A stretch of 64,000 nucleotides of DNA from Escherichia phage BEU5, in sequence record OM632664.1. One strand, written 5' to 3'. Shown here in pieces: positions 28,701 through 38,327 of the stretch. Position numbers and translations under genes: made by a program. The stretch's first letter is position 1. The number at the start of each line of letters is the position of its first letter. A model generated the notes under the pieces. The model did not search any database. It was not told where the DNA came from and saw nothing but the letters and a program-made list of their open reading frames with translations.

Positions 28701-30270
28701 CACGAATAGTAACTTCTGCTTCTGGTGCTTGAGCCATAGCTTCTTGTGCTGCCTGTGCAACATAGTCATCAGCAACAGGAGATGCTTCTTCATTCTGCTT
28801 CATAACCCGCTCACCACGAGCTACCAAAGTGTTCTTAATAGGGGAAACAACCTTACCTGCTACACTACCAGCAGCTTTAACACCAGCCATTGTGGTACGC
28901 AATACAGGAGCAGTTGCAGCACCTGCTAAACGAGCAGCACCAGCCGGAGCCTGTACAACACCAGCAGAACCAAAGCCATAAAGAGCACCTAAACCAGCTT
29001 GTGTACCGACACCTTTAAGCAAGTCTTGGTTCTTATCAATGTTTTGTTGCTGTGCAATATTCTGAGCCAGTTGGCCTGTAGCACCCTGAACACCTTCTTC
29101 CACTGTTTCACGGGCAAGGTTCATACCTACAGCACCTAAAGAACCAGCACGGAAAGGAGCCATCTCAAAACGAGATACCAGAGGACCAGTTGCAGCAGCA
29201 ATAGGTAATTGAATAGCAGCAGCAGTAAGACCAGTTTCAGATGCAGTCTGACGACGAGCCTGTTCTGGAGACATACCATCTTTAATATGTTGCTGATAAA
29301 CAGGAGACTTCTCTAAGTCTTTAAGACTCATCTTCATAATTTCATCAGCAGTTTGTTGGTATGCACCACCAGCTTCCATTACACCAACACCAACCATACC
29401 TGGTGCAGCTCTGCCTACAGTAGAAGCAATACGAGCCAGGGACTGAGTACCAGTACCTGCATCAATAGCACCAGCCAATGCAGCACTACGAAGAGTATTT
29501 GCTGGAACAACTGCTTTACCCAGTAAAGATGCACCCTTTAATACAGGACCAGCACCTAATAGAGAACCTACCCCTTCTGCTAACCCATCAGAAATAATAG
29601 AGTCAGTTTGAGCAGCATTCTCAATTGAACCTACAAAATCACGTCCAAATTTAGATAAGGAAGCTACTATGTCATTAGTGCCTTCTTTCTTATCTGTTTG
29701 ATACTGACGTTCACTCTCTACCTCACTCATTAAGTTACGAGCAGCGAAGAGCTTACGTTTATCTTGTAATGCTTGGCTTTGGGTAGCATGGACAGCATCA
29801 TTAAACTTACTCAATTGTTGAGCAACAACAGCACCTGCGTCATCGTTGAGTAAGCCTGCCCCAAGAGCACCAATGCCCCCAAGGGTATTAACAAAACCAA
29901 GACCAACACCAGTAGCAATATCCCCCAGTTCTTCCCCAGGAGTTCTTGTAGTAACTGAATCATTGAATACCTGGTTCCCTGCATCAGCACGAGCGTTGAT
30001 AAGTTGTAAGCCTTGCTCAACCCCATACTTATTCATGATTTGCATTGGAGTCAGATTCATGAAATCTGATTGCACTGTCCCTGGTTCAAATGCATTAGCC
30101 CCAACATTACCAGTACGGGCAGCTTGCATTTGATAAGCAGCATCAGGAGAAACAAGAGGAGTAGTGACACCTTGTTCAGCTTTCTTCTGGGCGGTTGCAG
30201 TAGAGACGTCAACTTGCTTTGCATTGGTTACGCTGTCTGCGAACCCAGCCAGTCTATCAAATACTGACAT
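19768..30270 (-). CDS. virion-encapsidated RNA polymerase (N4 vRNAP/gp50-like giant protein)
   Basis: single ORF of 3500 aa from ATG 30270 (AGGAAA RBS; track ORF starts 18 nt upstream at TTG); size and position at the head of the late structural block match N4 vRNAP; hairpin promoters of the type it recognises are present in the early region. Confidence 0.85.
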   Translation of the reverse strand: MSVFDRLAGFADSVTNAKQVDVSTATAQKKAEQGVTTPLVSPDAAYQMQAARTGNVGANAFEPGTVQSDFMNLTPMQIMNKYGVEQGLQLINARADAGNQVFNDSVTTRTPGEELGDIATGVGLGFVNTLGGIGALGAGLLNDDAGAVVAQQLSKFNDAVHATQSQALQDKRKLFAARNLMSEVESERQYQTDKKEGTNDIVASLSKFGRDFVGSIENAAQTDSIISDGLAEGVGSLLGAGPVLKGASLLGKAVVPANTLRSAALAGAIDAGTGTQSLARIASTVGRAAPGMVGVGVMEAGGAYQQTADEIMKMSLKDLEKSPVYQQHIKDGMSPEQARRQTASETGLTAAAIQLPIAAATGPLVSRFEMAPFRAGSLGAVGMNLARETVEEGVQGATGQLAQNIAQQQNIDKNQDLLKGVGTQAGLGALYGFGSAGVVQAPAGAARLAGAATAPVLRTTMAGVKAAGSVAGKVVSPIKNTLVARGERVMKQNEEASPVADDYVAQAAQEAMAQAPEAEVTIRDAVEATDATPEQKVAAHQYVSDLMNATRFNPENYQEAPEHIRNAVAGSTDQVQVIQKLADLVNTLDESNPQALMEAASYMYDAVSEFEQFINRDPAALDSIPKDSPAIELLNRYTNLTANIQNTPKVIGALNVINRMINESAQNGSLDVTEESSPQEMQNVALAAEVAPEKLNPESVNVVLKHAADGRIKLNNRQIAALQNAAAILKGAREYDAEAARLGLRPQDIVSKQIKTDESRTQEGQYSALQHANRIRSAYNSGNFELASAYLNDFMQFAQHMQNKVGALNEHLVTGDADKNKSVHYQALTADREWVRSRTGLGVNPYDTKSVKFAQQVALEAKTVADIANALASAYPELKVSHIKVTPLDSRLNAPAAEVVKAFRQGNRDVASSQPKADSVNQVKETPVTKQEPVTSTVQTKTPVSESVKTEPTTKESSPQAIKEPVNQSEKQDVNLTNEDTIKQPTESVKETETSAKESTVTEELREGIDAVYPSLVGTADSKAEGIKNYFKLSFTLPEEQKSRTVGSEAPLKDVAQALSSRARYELFTEKEVANPAFNGEVIKRYKELMEHGEGIADILRSRLAKFLNTKDVGKRFAQGTEANRWVGGKLLNIVEQDGDTFKYNEQLLQTAVLAGLQWRLTATSNTAIKDAKDVAAITGIDQALLPEGLVEQFDTGMTLTEAVSSLAQKIESYWGLSRNPNAPLGYTKGIPTAMAAEILAAFVESTDVVENIVDMSEIDPDNKKTIGLYTITELDSFDPINSFPTAIEEAVLVNPTEKMFFGDDIPPVANTQLRNPAVRNTPEQKAALKAEQATEFYVHTPMVQFYETLGKDRILELMGAGTLNKELLNDNHAKSLEGKNRSVEDSYNQLFSVIEQVRAQSEDISTVPIHYAYNMTRVGRMQMLGKYNPQSAKLVREAILPTKATLDLSNQNNEDFSAFQLGLAQALDIKVHTMTREVMSDELTKLLEGNLKPAIDMMVEFNTTGSLPENAVGVLNTALGDRKSFVALMALMEYSRYLVAEDKSAFVTPLYVEADGVTNGPINAMMLMTGGLFTPDWIRNIAKGGLFIGSPNKTMNEHRSTADNNDLYQASTNALMESLGKLRSNYASNMPIQSQIDSLLSLMDLFLPDINLGENGALELKRGIAKNPLTITIYGSGARGIAGKLVSSVTDAIYERMSDVLKARAKDPNISAAMAMFGKQAASEAHAEELLARFLKDMETLTSTVPVKRKGVLELQSTGAGAKGKINPKTYTIKGEQLKALQENMLHFFVEPLRNGITQTVGESLVYSTEQLQKATQIQSVVLEDMFKQRVQEKLTEKAKDPTWKKGDFLTQKELNDIQASLNNLAPMIETGSQTFYIAGSENAEVANQVLATNLDDRMRVPMSIYAPAQAGVAGIPFMTIGTGDGMMMQTLSTMKGAPKNTLKIFDGMNIGLNDITDASRKANEAVYTSWQGNPIKNVYESYAKFMKNVDFSKLSPEALEAIGKSALEYDQRENATVDDIANAASLIERNLRNIALGVDIRHKVLDKVNLSIDQMAAVGAPYQNNGKIDLSNMTPEQQADELNKLFREELEARKQKVAKAKAEVKEETVSEKEPVNPDFGMVGREHKASGVRILSATAIRNLAKISNLPSTQAATLAEIQKSLAAKDYKIIYGTPTQVAEYARQKNVTELTSQEMEEAQAGNIYGWTNFDDKTIYLVSPSMETLIHELVHASTFEEVYSFYQGNEVSPTSKQAIENLEGLMEQFRSLDISKDSPEMREAYADAIATIEGHLSNGFVDPAISKAAALNEFMAWGLANRALAAKQKRTSSLVQMVKDVYQAIKKLIWGRKQAPALGEDMFSNLLFNSAILMRSQPTTQAVAKDGTLFHSKAYGNNERLSQLNQTFDKLVTDYLRTDPVTEVERRGNVANALMSATRLVRDVQSRGFNMTAQEQSVFQMVTAALATEAAIDPHAMARAQELYTHVMKHLTVEHFMADPDSTNPADRYYAQQKYDTISGANLVEVDAKGRTSLLPTFLGLAMVNEELRSIIKEMPVPKADKKLGNDVDTLLTNAGTQVMESLNRRMAGDQKATNVQDSIDALSETIMAAALKRESFYDAVATPTGNFIDRANQYVTDSIERLSETVIEKADKVIANPSNVAAKGVAHLAKLTAAIASEKQGEIVAQGIMTAMNQGKVWQPFHDLVNDIVGRTKTNANVYDLIKLVKSQISQDRQQFREHLPTVIAGKFSRKLTDTEWSAMHTGLGKTDLAVLRETMSMAEIRDLLSSFKKVKDEISTLEKEIQNQAGRNWNLVQKKSKQLAQYMITGEVGNNLLRNAHAISRLLGERITNGPVADVAAIDKLITLYSLELMNKSDRDLLSELAQSEVEGMEFSIAYMVGQRTEEMRKAKGDNRTLLNHFKGYIPVENQQGVNLIIADDKEFAKLNSQSFTRIGTYQGSTGFRTGSKGYYFSPVAARAPYSQGILQNVRNTAGGVDIGTGFTLGTMVAGRITDKPTVERITKALAKGERGREPLMPIYNSKGQVVAYEQSVDPNMLKHLNQDNHFAKMVGVWRGRQVEEAKAQRFNDILIEQLHAMYEKDIKDSNANKSQYVNLLGKIDDPVLADAINLMNIETRRKAEELFGKDELWVRRDMLNDALGYRAASIGDVWTGNSRWSSSTLDTVKKMFLGAFGNKAYHVVMNAENTIQNLVKDAKTVIVVKSVVVPAVNFLANIYQMIGRGVPVKDIAVNIPRKTSEINQYIKSRLRQIDAEAELRAAEGNPNLVRKLKTEIQSITDSHRRMSIWPLIEAGEFSSIADAGISRDDLLVAEGKIHEYMEKLANKLPEKVRNAGRYALIAKDTALFQGIQKTVEYSDFIAKAIIYDDLVKRKKKSSSEALGQVTEEFVNYDRLPGRFRGYMESMGLMWFYNFKIRSIKVAMSMIRNNPVHSLIATVVPAPAMFGNVGLPIQDNMLTMLAEGRLDYSLGFGQGLRAPTLNPWFNLTH

Positions 30271-30333
30271 AGTAGGTTTCCTATACAAACTTATATCTAT
30301 TAGAAATCACACTATACCTAGTGTAAGGACGAG

Positions 30334-30356
30334 AAAAAAGCCCCGAAGGGCTTTTG
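30334..30356. terminator. intrinsic terminator between upstream virion gene and vRNAP gene
   Basis: stem agccc/gggct with loop cgaa, flanked by A-run and T-run. Confidence 0.55.
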
Positions 30357-30370
30357 TATTATGGTAGAAA

Positions 30371-32305
30371 TTAACGAGGAAATATATCAGGGATACCCAA
30401 TCGACGTCCGGCATCTCTGCCTAAACTTCTCCGGTTTGCCTCGCTCTCTTCCTGTTTAATATTTTGTAGGCTCTTAATATCCAAATTCTGAGGGTCAGCA
30501 GCTACAGCACTACGAGCACCATCAAGAAGACGTTTAGCAGTATTAACTCGCTCCTGATAGCGAGGTAGTACACTTCTAAGGTTTTCCTGACCGGTCTGAA
30601 TACGACGCTGTACTTCACGTAAATCAGCAAGTGCAGTATCTAACGTATTCTGTGCTGCATAGATGTTTGATTGAATTTGTGCAGTAAGCTGATTACGAGC
30701 ATTCTGTTCAATAGCAGTACCAGTAGTTGCAAGTTTTGCATTTGCTTCTACGGCTGCTTTATCCAGTTGGTAATCACCACCCAAATCAATAACATCAGTA
30801 TCAAAGGCATTTCGAATACCACTAAACCATCCCTCTGGTTTACCAGTGATACTGCGTTGAATGATTGCTCCTGCCATAGCGGGAGAAATAGCATTCTGTT
30901 TTGCTACCTCATTGATTTGTCGAACCAGTGCACCTTGGTTAATGCCTTTCAGTTCATTGTTATCAATAATACGTTTAGCCACCTGACCAGTCGTAGAAGG
31001 GTCAACAGTAGCAGCTTGGTATTCAGGCAGCAGAGTATTACCAATATTCTGCATATTACGAGTACCAACAGTATTACCAGCAACAGAAGTGAATGCTTGT
31101 TCCTGTAATGGATTAATAGAATTACCTGTTTCTGCTTGAGCAATGTAATCCTTCATTTCATCCCATGACAGGTTCTTATAAGCACCCGGAGTATCATCTG
31201 GTAAAGCAGCCCATGTACTCTTCAGATTGCCATTCTTACGAGCATTAAAAATAGCTTCACCCAGTTTGTCTTGGTTCTCCGGAGACATAGGGATGTTCTG
31301 CCAATCTTCACCAAATACCTTTGGAGCAAAGTCTTTAAGGGTATCTTGGTTAATCTGGTATGCACCAACAGGAGAAGCACCTAGTGTCTTCTTCATAGTG
31401 TCTTGATGCTGAACCACCTGACCTAAGTTCATCTGAGTAATAGGTACATCAGTTGGTGTGAACTTATAGGTAGTGTCATATGCAGAACCATTCCGAGTAC
31501 CCTGAGTACCAGGAGGAGATAGAGATGCAGAACCAGTTCCCGGAGTATATGCACCTGGGTATGCTCTATCTAACTGAGATAGTGCACGACTTACTGCTCC
31601 TGGTGACATTTGGTCGAACGTACCCTCTGCAAGCATACGAGCATCGTCAGCACTGTATGCACCACGACGAATATTATTCAGTAACTGCATAGCAGCCTGA
31701 GTATCCGCATCGTTACGCATATCAACACCTAAGTTGAATAAGCTGCGACGTTGACCAATACCAGCAGTACCCTGTCCTTGAAGGTTGTTCATGTAGTCCA
31801 TAACAACACCAGCAGGAAGGGTTTTTAATACGTCTCCATACTGAGCCTGTGCTGCCTGAACCTTTCTTGGGTCACCAGATTGATAAGCCAGAGCCAATTC
31901 CTGCAATGCAGGAGCAGCAGCATCAGTAGCTGCATTTACCTTCATGGTTCTGTCATTACTGTATCGAGTGAAATCCAGATTTTGTTGTTTAGATGCTTGG
32001 TCTAACAGATTGCCAGCACGATTATCTAAGTTCTCCATAGTACGAGAAGAAATTAGAGAAGGGTCATAGCCAGCAAATAATGCTCCAGAAGCTAAGGCAT
32101 TACGATACTCATTAGGGTCTTGGTAACGCATGGCTTCAGCCATAATTGCATCACCAGCTTGCTGTCTTGCAGAGTCTCGAAAATCACCTAATGCATTACT
32201 CAATCCGGCAGTGGCATTACCCAGCATATTGGAGAAAGTACGAATACTATCCCCAACACCAGAGAAAGAAGGAGCATCAACATTACGCCATGTAATTTGA
32301 GCCAT
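30371..32305 (-). CDS. virion protein (N4 gp51-like position), function unknown
   Basis: 644-aa ORF directly upstream of vRNAP in the late operon. Confidence 0.4.
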   Translation of the reverse strand: MAQITWRNVDAPSFSGVGDSIRTFSNMLGNATAGLSNALGDFRDSARQQAGDAIMAEAMRYQDPNEYRNALASGALFAGYDPSLISSRTMENLDNRAGNLLDQASKQQNLDFTRYSNDRTMKVNAATDAAAPALQELALAYQSGDPRKVQAAQAQYGDVLKTLPAGVVMDYMNNLQGQGTAGIGQRRSLFNLGVDMRNDADTQAAMQLLNNIRRGAYSADDARMLAEGTFDQMSPGAVSRALSQLDRAYPGAYTPGTGSASLSPPGTQGTRNGSAYDTTYKFTPTDVPITQMNLGQVVQHQDTMKKTLGASPVGAYQINQDTLKDFAPKVFGEDWQNIPMSPENQDKLGEAIFNARKNGNLKSTWAALPDDTPGAYKNLSWDEMKDYIAQAETGNSINPLQEQAFTSVAGNTVGTRNMQNIGNTLLPEYQAATVDPSTTGQVAKRIIDNNELKGINQGALVRQINEVAKQNAISPAMAGAIIQRSITGKPEGWFSGIRNAFDTDVIDLGGDYQLDKAAVEANAKLATTGTAIEQNARNQLTAQIQSNIYAAQNTLDTALADLREVQRRIQTGQENLRSVLPRYQERVNTAKRLLDGARSAVAADPQNLDIKSLQNIKQEESEANRRSLGRDAGRRLGIPDIFPR

Positions 32306-32315
32306 GTGATACCTC

Positions 32316-32768
32316 TTAACGAGTTAAGCGATTAGCTGCAATGTAAGCATCAGCCGTAGATTGGTCACGATTTTCTGCAACAGCACGACTACGAGCACGG
32401 TCTTCCAGAGCAGTGTTATAGGACTTAATCTGGTTATTCAGATTAGTGTTAGTAACATCTTTAGCAAAAGAGAACTGACTCTTAGCTAACTTGTTAGCCT
32501 GTAATGCACCATAGATATTACCCAGTGCGTTAAGACCACCTAACCCCAACTGGAAGGTAGGAATGTTCAGACCCAGTTGGTCAGTAAGCCCTTGAGTCTG
32601 CCCACCGGTATTCCCTGTAGCACCACCAGTAATATTCTGAAGCCAATCATTACTAAGGATGCCGGATTGCATAGGGTTATAGTTCATGGTTGGGGTATTA
32701 AAGGAACCATACCCATAGCCAAAATTGCTTTGTGCAGATGGGGTTCCAAAAAGGAAATTAGTATCCAT
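32316..32768 (-). CDS. Gly/Asn/Thr-rich small virion protein (putative)
   Basis: 150-aa ORF, low-complexity composition, late operon. Confidence 0.4.
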   Translation of the reverse strand: MDTNFLFGTPSAQSNFGYGYGSFNTPTMNYNPMQSGILSNDWLQNITGGATGNTGGQTQGLTDQLGLNIPTFQLGLGGLNALGNIYGALQANKLAKSQFSFAKDVTNTNLNNQIKSYNTALEDRARSRAVAENRDQSTADAYIAANRLTR

Positions 32769-32781
32769 AAGGATTCTCCTG

Positions 32782-35439
32782 TTACGTATCTAAATCAAGC
32801 TGCAACGTTATATCTGCAAAGTTGGTAATCATGTTGTTAGACATGTCAGCTATATCATGACCAGTCATAAGAGTACGGTTAAGGAATGAATCCAATGGCT
32901 CAAATTGTTGGCCTACATTAGTTAGGTTCATTGGGTCAATGTAACCCATGCCCTCAGTGCCAAACATTTCCTCGTACTTTTCCTGAATGGTTTTCATCTG
33001 GTCACGGTACTCTGCCATAAGTTTCTCTGTCTTTTTGACAGTTTCCATAGCAGAAGCATTGATGTAATCACTTATGCCATTTCCTACAGATGAAGTGAGT
33101 TTAATGATGTTATCTGCTTTCATCATTTCACCCAGCATCGTAGACATGGATGAACCAGTGGATAAAGCTGTACCAACATTCATGGCTACCATAGAGGCAA
33201 TGGTAGCAACAATGATTCCAATCTTATCCCCAAGCAGACTAACAGAGACTGTTTGAATAATGGACATCAGAATCATAGCTGCAATGGCATTAGCCACAGC
33301 CCCAACGATAATAGCAGCTAACCCTGCAAAACCTAATGCAGCACCAATAGAAGCAGCAGTACCCATTACCCCAGCACCAGCAGCAGGAGTAAAGAACACA
33401 GACACTACTACTGCAACAACAACCACTACTACTTTAAAGATGCCAGACTGATACCATTTCTTCTTAACTTTCTTATATGAGTTAAGAACCAGATAACAAC
33501 ATGCAGTAGATAACTGAGTACCATTTACCAAAGACATACTACGATAAATGTTGTTATGAAGAGGGATGATAAATCCGGACTCTTCATCATCATTTAGTGC
33601 ATCTACACCAGAAATGCTTACAGATTTATTCTTGTAAACATTATTGTTATGGTTCAGGCCATAGACAGAAATCTTCCTCCATGAATTATCCCCATCCTGC
33701 CAATACATTGTTATCTTATCTAGCCTGTAGATATTAAACCCAACTTTGTCATTACCCTTTTCAGAGTACATAACGGCTTTCTGCATAAGGACTACAGTAC
33801 CTTCATAAGCAAACTTGAGCTGCCCTTTCTTGGCTCCAGAGAATGCTTTTCCCGAACCAACTGACTCTTCAATGAAGTTCCAACTAATAGTCATGTTGTA
33901 ACGGTATCCACCGTTAGAACGAATATTAATGGATTTAGAAGGTATTGTTGGATATACGGGTCTTTTAGGGGGTTTCCCTATGGGAATATCCCTATTACCA
34001 CTACGAGATTTCCACCATTCCTGGTAGGCATCAAAGTCCCTGTTAGCCTGAGCAAAGCCTTCTACCAAAGCATCCATAGTTGGGTAGTTTGGGTCAGCAG
34101 GCATTGACTGATTCACTAACTGGAAGAACCTGTATATGTACTCTTTAGCTGTATTTTCAGGACTGTTAAGAGAACAACCAAATACAGCATAGATATACTG
34201 AATATCACCAATATCTTTATTCTTCTTCAGGTCATCCATAATGTCAGAAATCTTACCCCCTGTAGCCTTCTTAAAGGCTTTCTTACAAAGAGTATATGTA
34301 GAACCAGAAATCCAGTTCTTATCACTACGGATAGGGATGAATGAATAGAATCTGTTATTGGTTGTTTTATTAATAAACAAAGCATCAAGAACAGCATTAC
34401 CACTATTCTGTTTATAAATAAACAGTTGAGGCATACCACCAGCAGACAGAGTAGTAACTACATCTGTATTCTGATAAGACCATGTATAACCTAAAGTATC
34501 TGTAGTTACTGTAGTAGTTCTGGTTTCAGTAACCCCACCACCTAAATCAATAACTTCAGTGTTTGTAGTGGAACCAGTAGATACAGTACCAGTCTGTACC
34601 TGGGTCATTGTAGTCTTACGAATAATGATTAAGCCTACTTCACTTGGTTCACGAAATTCTTTCTCGTAAACATCTGAGAAGTTAGTCCAACTAACCTGTT
34701 CTTCTTCAGTATTGGTACTTTCCTCATCAGGTCTACCATCAGAGAATACACTCTTAATATGAGTAACTGTCTTCAGAGTAGCTGACTTAGGGGTATGGTT
34801 CTGAGATACCTGAGTCCATTCAGAAGTAGAAGGTAAGTCATCAGCAGATGATACAGATACAACAGGATGAACCACTGGGTCTGCAACACTAGTAGGCTGT
34901 ATGTAGTAATAATTCACATACAGATACATTGCATCCTGACTGTAATTCTTTGGATAAAAGGATAACTCACTACCATCAGTAGCAGTGAGTACAATCCTGT
35001 CATCATCCATGATGTCTATTTCAAACTCTTCAGTAATACGGTCTGGATAATTCTCATAGAGGAATTTATCAGCCCATTCCTCAAAATCACCAAATCCAAT
35101 CCTACTGCTCTGAACCTGTACCTCATAACCTGCTTTTTGAGGAACTTGCCATTTAACTACTTCAGGGTCTATCTGAGACAGTACTGACAAGTTCCCATAA
35201 GCAATACCAATTGAAGGGTCATAGTTAGTTGCAGCCCAACCAGGGAATCTACGTAAACGAATACCAGGTCCATTTAAATAAGAGTCAGTGATGGTATCAC
35301 CCATACTAAAGTCAGATTTACTGACGATGTTACCAATCACCGTAGTCTTTAAATAATTTGGACGTTTATGTATATCCCCTGCCAAATTGTAGACAGAGGA
35401 TGCTACGTAGATTTTAGTCTTACTGCTAAACAGTCCCAT
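32782..35439 (-). CDS. large virion protein with a cluster of hydrophobic Gly/Ala-rich membrane-like segments (ejection/channel candidate)
   Basis: 885-aa ORF; about 120-aa region VVVVVAVVVSVFFTPAAGAGVMGTAASIGAALGFAGLAAIIVGAVANAIAAMILMSIIQ... predicted to form several TM helices. Confidence 0.4.
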   Translation of the reverse strand: MGLFSSKTKIYVASSVYNLAGDIHKRPNYLKTTVIGNIVSKSDFSMGDTITDSYLNGPGIRLRRFPGWAATNYDPSIGIAYGNLSVLSQIDPEVVKWQVPQKAGYEVQVQSSRIGFGDFEEWADKFLYENYPDRITEEFEIDIMDDDRIVLTATDGSELSFYPKNYSQDAMYLYVNYYYIQPTSVADPVVHPVVSVSSADDLPSTSEWTQVSQNHTPKSATLKTVTHIKSVFSDGRPDEESTNTEEEQVSWTNFSDVYEKEFREPSEVGLIIIRKTTMTQVQTGTVSTGSTTNTEVIDLGGGVTETRTTTVTTDTLGYTWSYQNTDVVTTLSAGGMPQLFIYKQNSGNAVLDALFINKTTNNRFYSFIPIRSDKNWISGSTYTLCKKAFKKATGGKISDIMDDLKKNKDIGDIQYIYAVFGCSLNSPENTAKEYIYRFFQLVNQSMPADPNYPTMDALVEGFAQANRDFDAYQEWWKSRSGNRDIPIGKPPKRPVYPTIPSKSINIRSNGGYRYNMTISWNFIEESVGSGKAFSGAKKGQLKFAYEGTVVLMQKAVMYSEKGNDKVGFNIYRLDKITMYWQDGDNSWRKISVYGLNHNNNVYKNKSVSISGVDALNDDEESGFIIPLHNNIYRSMSLVNGTQLSTACCYLVLNSYKKVKKKWYQSGIFKVVVVVVAVVVSVFFTPAAGAGVMGTAASIGAALGFAGLAAIIVGAVANAIAAMILMSIIQTVSVSLLGDKIGIIVATIASMVAMNVGTALSTGSSMSTMLGEMMKADNIIKLTSSVGNGISDYINASAMETVKKTEKLMAEYRDQMKTIQEKYEEMFGTEGMGYIDPMNLTNVGQQFEPLDSFLNRTLMTGHDIADMSNNMITNFADITLQLDLDT

Positions 35440-35442
35440 GTA

Positions 35443-36351
<909 letters not shown>

Positions 36352-36360
36352 TCATTGGTT

Positions 36361-36400
36361 CATTAAAAGAAAACGGCTCACGGTTTTACCCAGTGAGCCG
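36361..36400 (-). terminator. stem-loop with T-run on the minus strand
   Basis: stem cggctcac/gtgagccg, 11-nt loop; minus-strand tail TTTTCTTTT. Confidence 0.45.
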
Positions 36401-36421
36401 TGCTGACTTACAGATTAACTC

Positions 36422-37048
36422 TTATTGAGAGTCTACGCTACCAGCAGCAATCTGAGCAGCAGCCAGAGTTTGTAATTCTTCCTTAGTCAGTGGAGGCAGA
36501 ACTTCAATGGCAAACTCACGTACCCATGCAGACGTAATATTAGGCTGACCATTCTTACCTTTGGTAACTCGAATGTTCAGGAACTTACGTTCTTTGAGGA
36601 AATTATAAATACAGTAAGGGATGTGATAGCCCTCATCAGTAGCTTCACCAAATGGAACGAATTTACGAACAGTACCAATATATTCGTTAGCTACTGTAAT
36701 AATCTCACCAGGCAGGTCTTTCTTCTTAGGGTCAAGGTTCTGAATACGTACTCGAACCAGCTTTAATTGTTCTAAGCGTTGCTGGTGACGTAAAGAAGTT
36801 GCCGTAGTTACTGTACCTGTAGACAGAGCCAGAGGATTAGGCTGAGGTTCTACTGGTTCCTGAGCTTTATTTTCCTGTGCTGCTTCAATCTTCTTACGAA
36901 GAGTTTCAGCACTAATATTATTTGAGTATGAAATACCCATCATATTAGCTCGTTGTTTCAGCAGAGAAAGTTCATCAACCTTAACTTCATCAACGGTGTC
37001 ATCGTTGCCCTGAGTTAAATCAGCGGTCGGTTTATCGTTAATGCTCAT
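36422..37048 (-). CDS. hypothetical virion-associated protein
   Basis: 208-aa ORF between major capsid gene and downstream late genes. Confidence 0.4.
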   Translation of the reverse strand: MSINDKPTADLTQGNDDTVDEVKVDELSLLKQRANMMGISYSNNISAETLRKKIEAAQENKAQEPVEPQPNPLALSTGTVTTATSLRHQQRLEQLKLVRVRIQNLDPKKKDLPGEIITVANEYIGTVRKFVPFGEATDEGYHIPYCIYNFLKERKFLNIRVTKGKNGQPNITSAWVREFAIEVLPPLTKEELQTLAAAQIAAGSVDSQ

Positions 37049-37060
37049 GTGTATATATCC

Positions 37061-37092
37061 TATTCATAAAGTAAGGGGAGGTTTCCCTCCCC
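37061..37092 (-). terminator. intrinsic terminator just downstream of the major capsid gene
   Basis: stem ggggagg/cctcccc with 4-nt loop; T-rich tail on minus strand. Confidence 0.5.
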
Positions 37093-37110
37093 CTGATGTT
37101 AGCCCAACTA

Positions 37111-38316
37111 TTACAGCGGAGCTACAGTTTTAATAAGAGCCAGACGTTCTGGACGTTTAACCAGAATACCGTAGTACCATTTGATGCTGGAGAAACCAGT
37201 TTCACCATATGGGTCATTACGGTCAGCAGTTTCTTTACCAGGCATCTTAGTCATAACGGTAAATTTAAGTGACTTACCATCAGTCTGGAAGCCAATAGAG
37301 GTAAAGGAATCATCACCTACTACCAGCATTGGGTAAACGTCATAGTGCTCCTGACCAGATACCATAGAGGTACGGTAACCAGGGTTAGCTCCAGTAGCCT
37401 GTGCACCAGCACCTGCCCAGTGCAGCATCTCCGGAACCTGAATGATACGGAACTTATCAATAGAACCGACTTCACCATTCATGATAGTACCTGCATCAGC
37501 ATAGTGCTGAGTTTCGATAAAGGCTTTATTACCGAACAAGTCTCTCATTGCTTTCAGTTCTGGAACCAGTTCAGAACCTACATACATAACACGAGTAGCA
37601 CCGATGACTTTAGTATCAATCATACGGGAACCAGTGATGATGGTAGTCTGAGTAGGAGTACGGTTCTCTGTCAGAATCTGGTCAAGACGCATCAGGTTCT
37701 TATAAGAAACGATAGACGGAGTAGAACCTTCACCAGTGATGGTGGCATCAGAAGTAGCAGCACCAGCATACAGAACAGTACCAGCAGCAGCCAGCAAGTC
37801 TTTTTGCAGTACAGCTTCAGTAATCTGAGTAGCACCATTCATCAGTTCACGGGACAGGTGTTCCATCAGGCCATCGTCAGAATCGAAATCAATAGATTCC
37901 TGAGTGAACTCATAGAAGAAGCCAAACTTGTGAATAGAACCTTCACGAGCAATACGAGTAAAACCAACACGGTTAACTCGACCGCCGTTTTCAGTCAGTA
38001 GAGGCAATTTGGAAGTAATGTTACCGATGTCTTTGCTGGAACCATACAGGTTACCGTTAACGATGGTAGCACCACTTGCATCAATACCCTGGTCATTGAT
38101 GTTACGGTCATCCAGCAGAGGAACATATTCATATACCTTGATGGTCTTACCGTAATGCTTCGGCATGTTAGTTACAGAGGCCAGTGGCATGAAGTACTGC
38201 TCTTTACGGGCAGTGATGATTGCTTTCTTCAGCCAGAAGAAGGTTTGCATCTGGTCAGAGTTAGCACCATCAATACTAGATTTCTGACCGTCAGTAGGAG
38301 CGTTATAGTTCAACAT
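37111..38316 (-). CDS. major capsid protein (N4 gp56-like)
   Basis: 401-aa ORF (length matches recalled N4 major capsid), strong AAGGA RBS, followed by terminator, placed between scaffold-like and portal genes. Confidence 0.6.
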   Translation of the reverse strand: MLNYNAPTDGQKSSIDGANSDQMQTFFWLKKAIITARKEQYFMPLASVTNMPKHYGKTIKVYEYVPLLDDRNINDQGIDASGATIVNGNLYGSSKDIGNITSKLPLLTENGGRVNRVGFTRIAREGSIHKFGFFYEFTQESIDFDSDDGLMEHLSRELMNGATQITEAVLQKDLLAAAGTVLYAGAATSDATITGEGSTPSIVSYKNLMRLDQILTENRTPTQTTIITGSRMIDTKVIGATRVMYVGSELVPELKAMRDLFGNKAFIETQHYADAGTIMNGEVGSIDKFRIIQVPEMLHWAGAGAQATGANPGYRTSMVSGQEHYDVYPMLVVGDDSFTSIGFQTDGKSLKFTVMTKMPGKETADRNDPYGETGFSSIKWYYGILVKRPERLALIKTVAPL

Positions 38317-38327
38317 GTCTCAATTCC

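Noticed and set aside
22171-30133. many 60-140-aa plus-strand ORFs inside the vRNAP gene (e.g. 23395..23781, 27625..28041, 29846..30133)
   Set aside because: All are antisense to one uninterrupted 3500-codon frame, with no RBS or terminator context; treated as chance ORFs.
30289-30333. sigma70-like promoter immediately upstream of the vRNAP gene
   Set aside because: Only weak -10-like hexamers (TATAGT/TATAAG) without a convincing -35; N4-type late promoters are activator-dependent and cannot be called reliably by eye.
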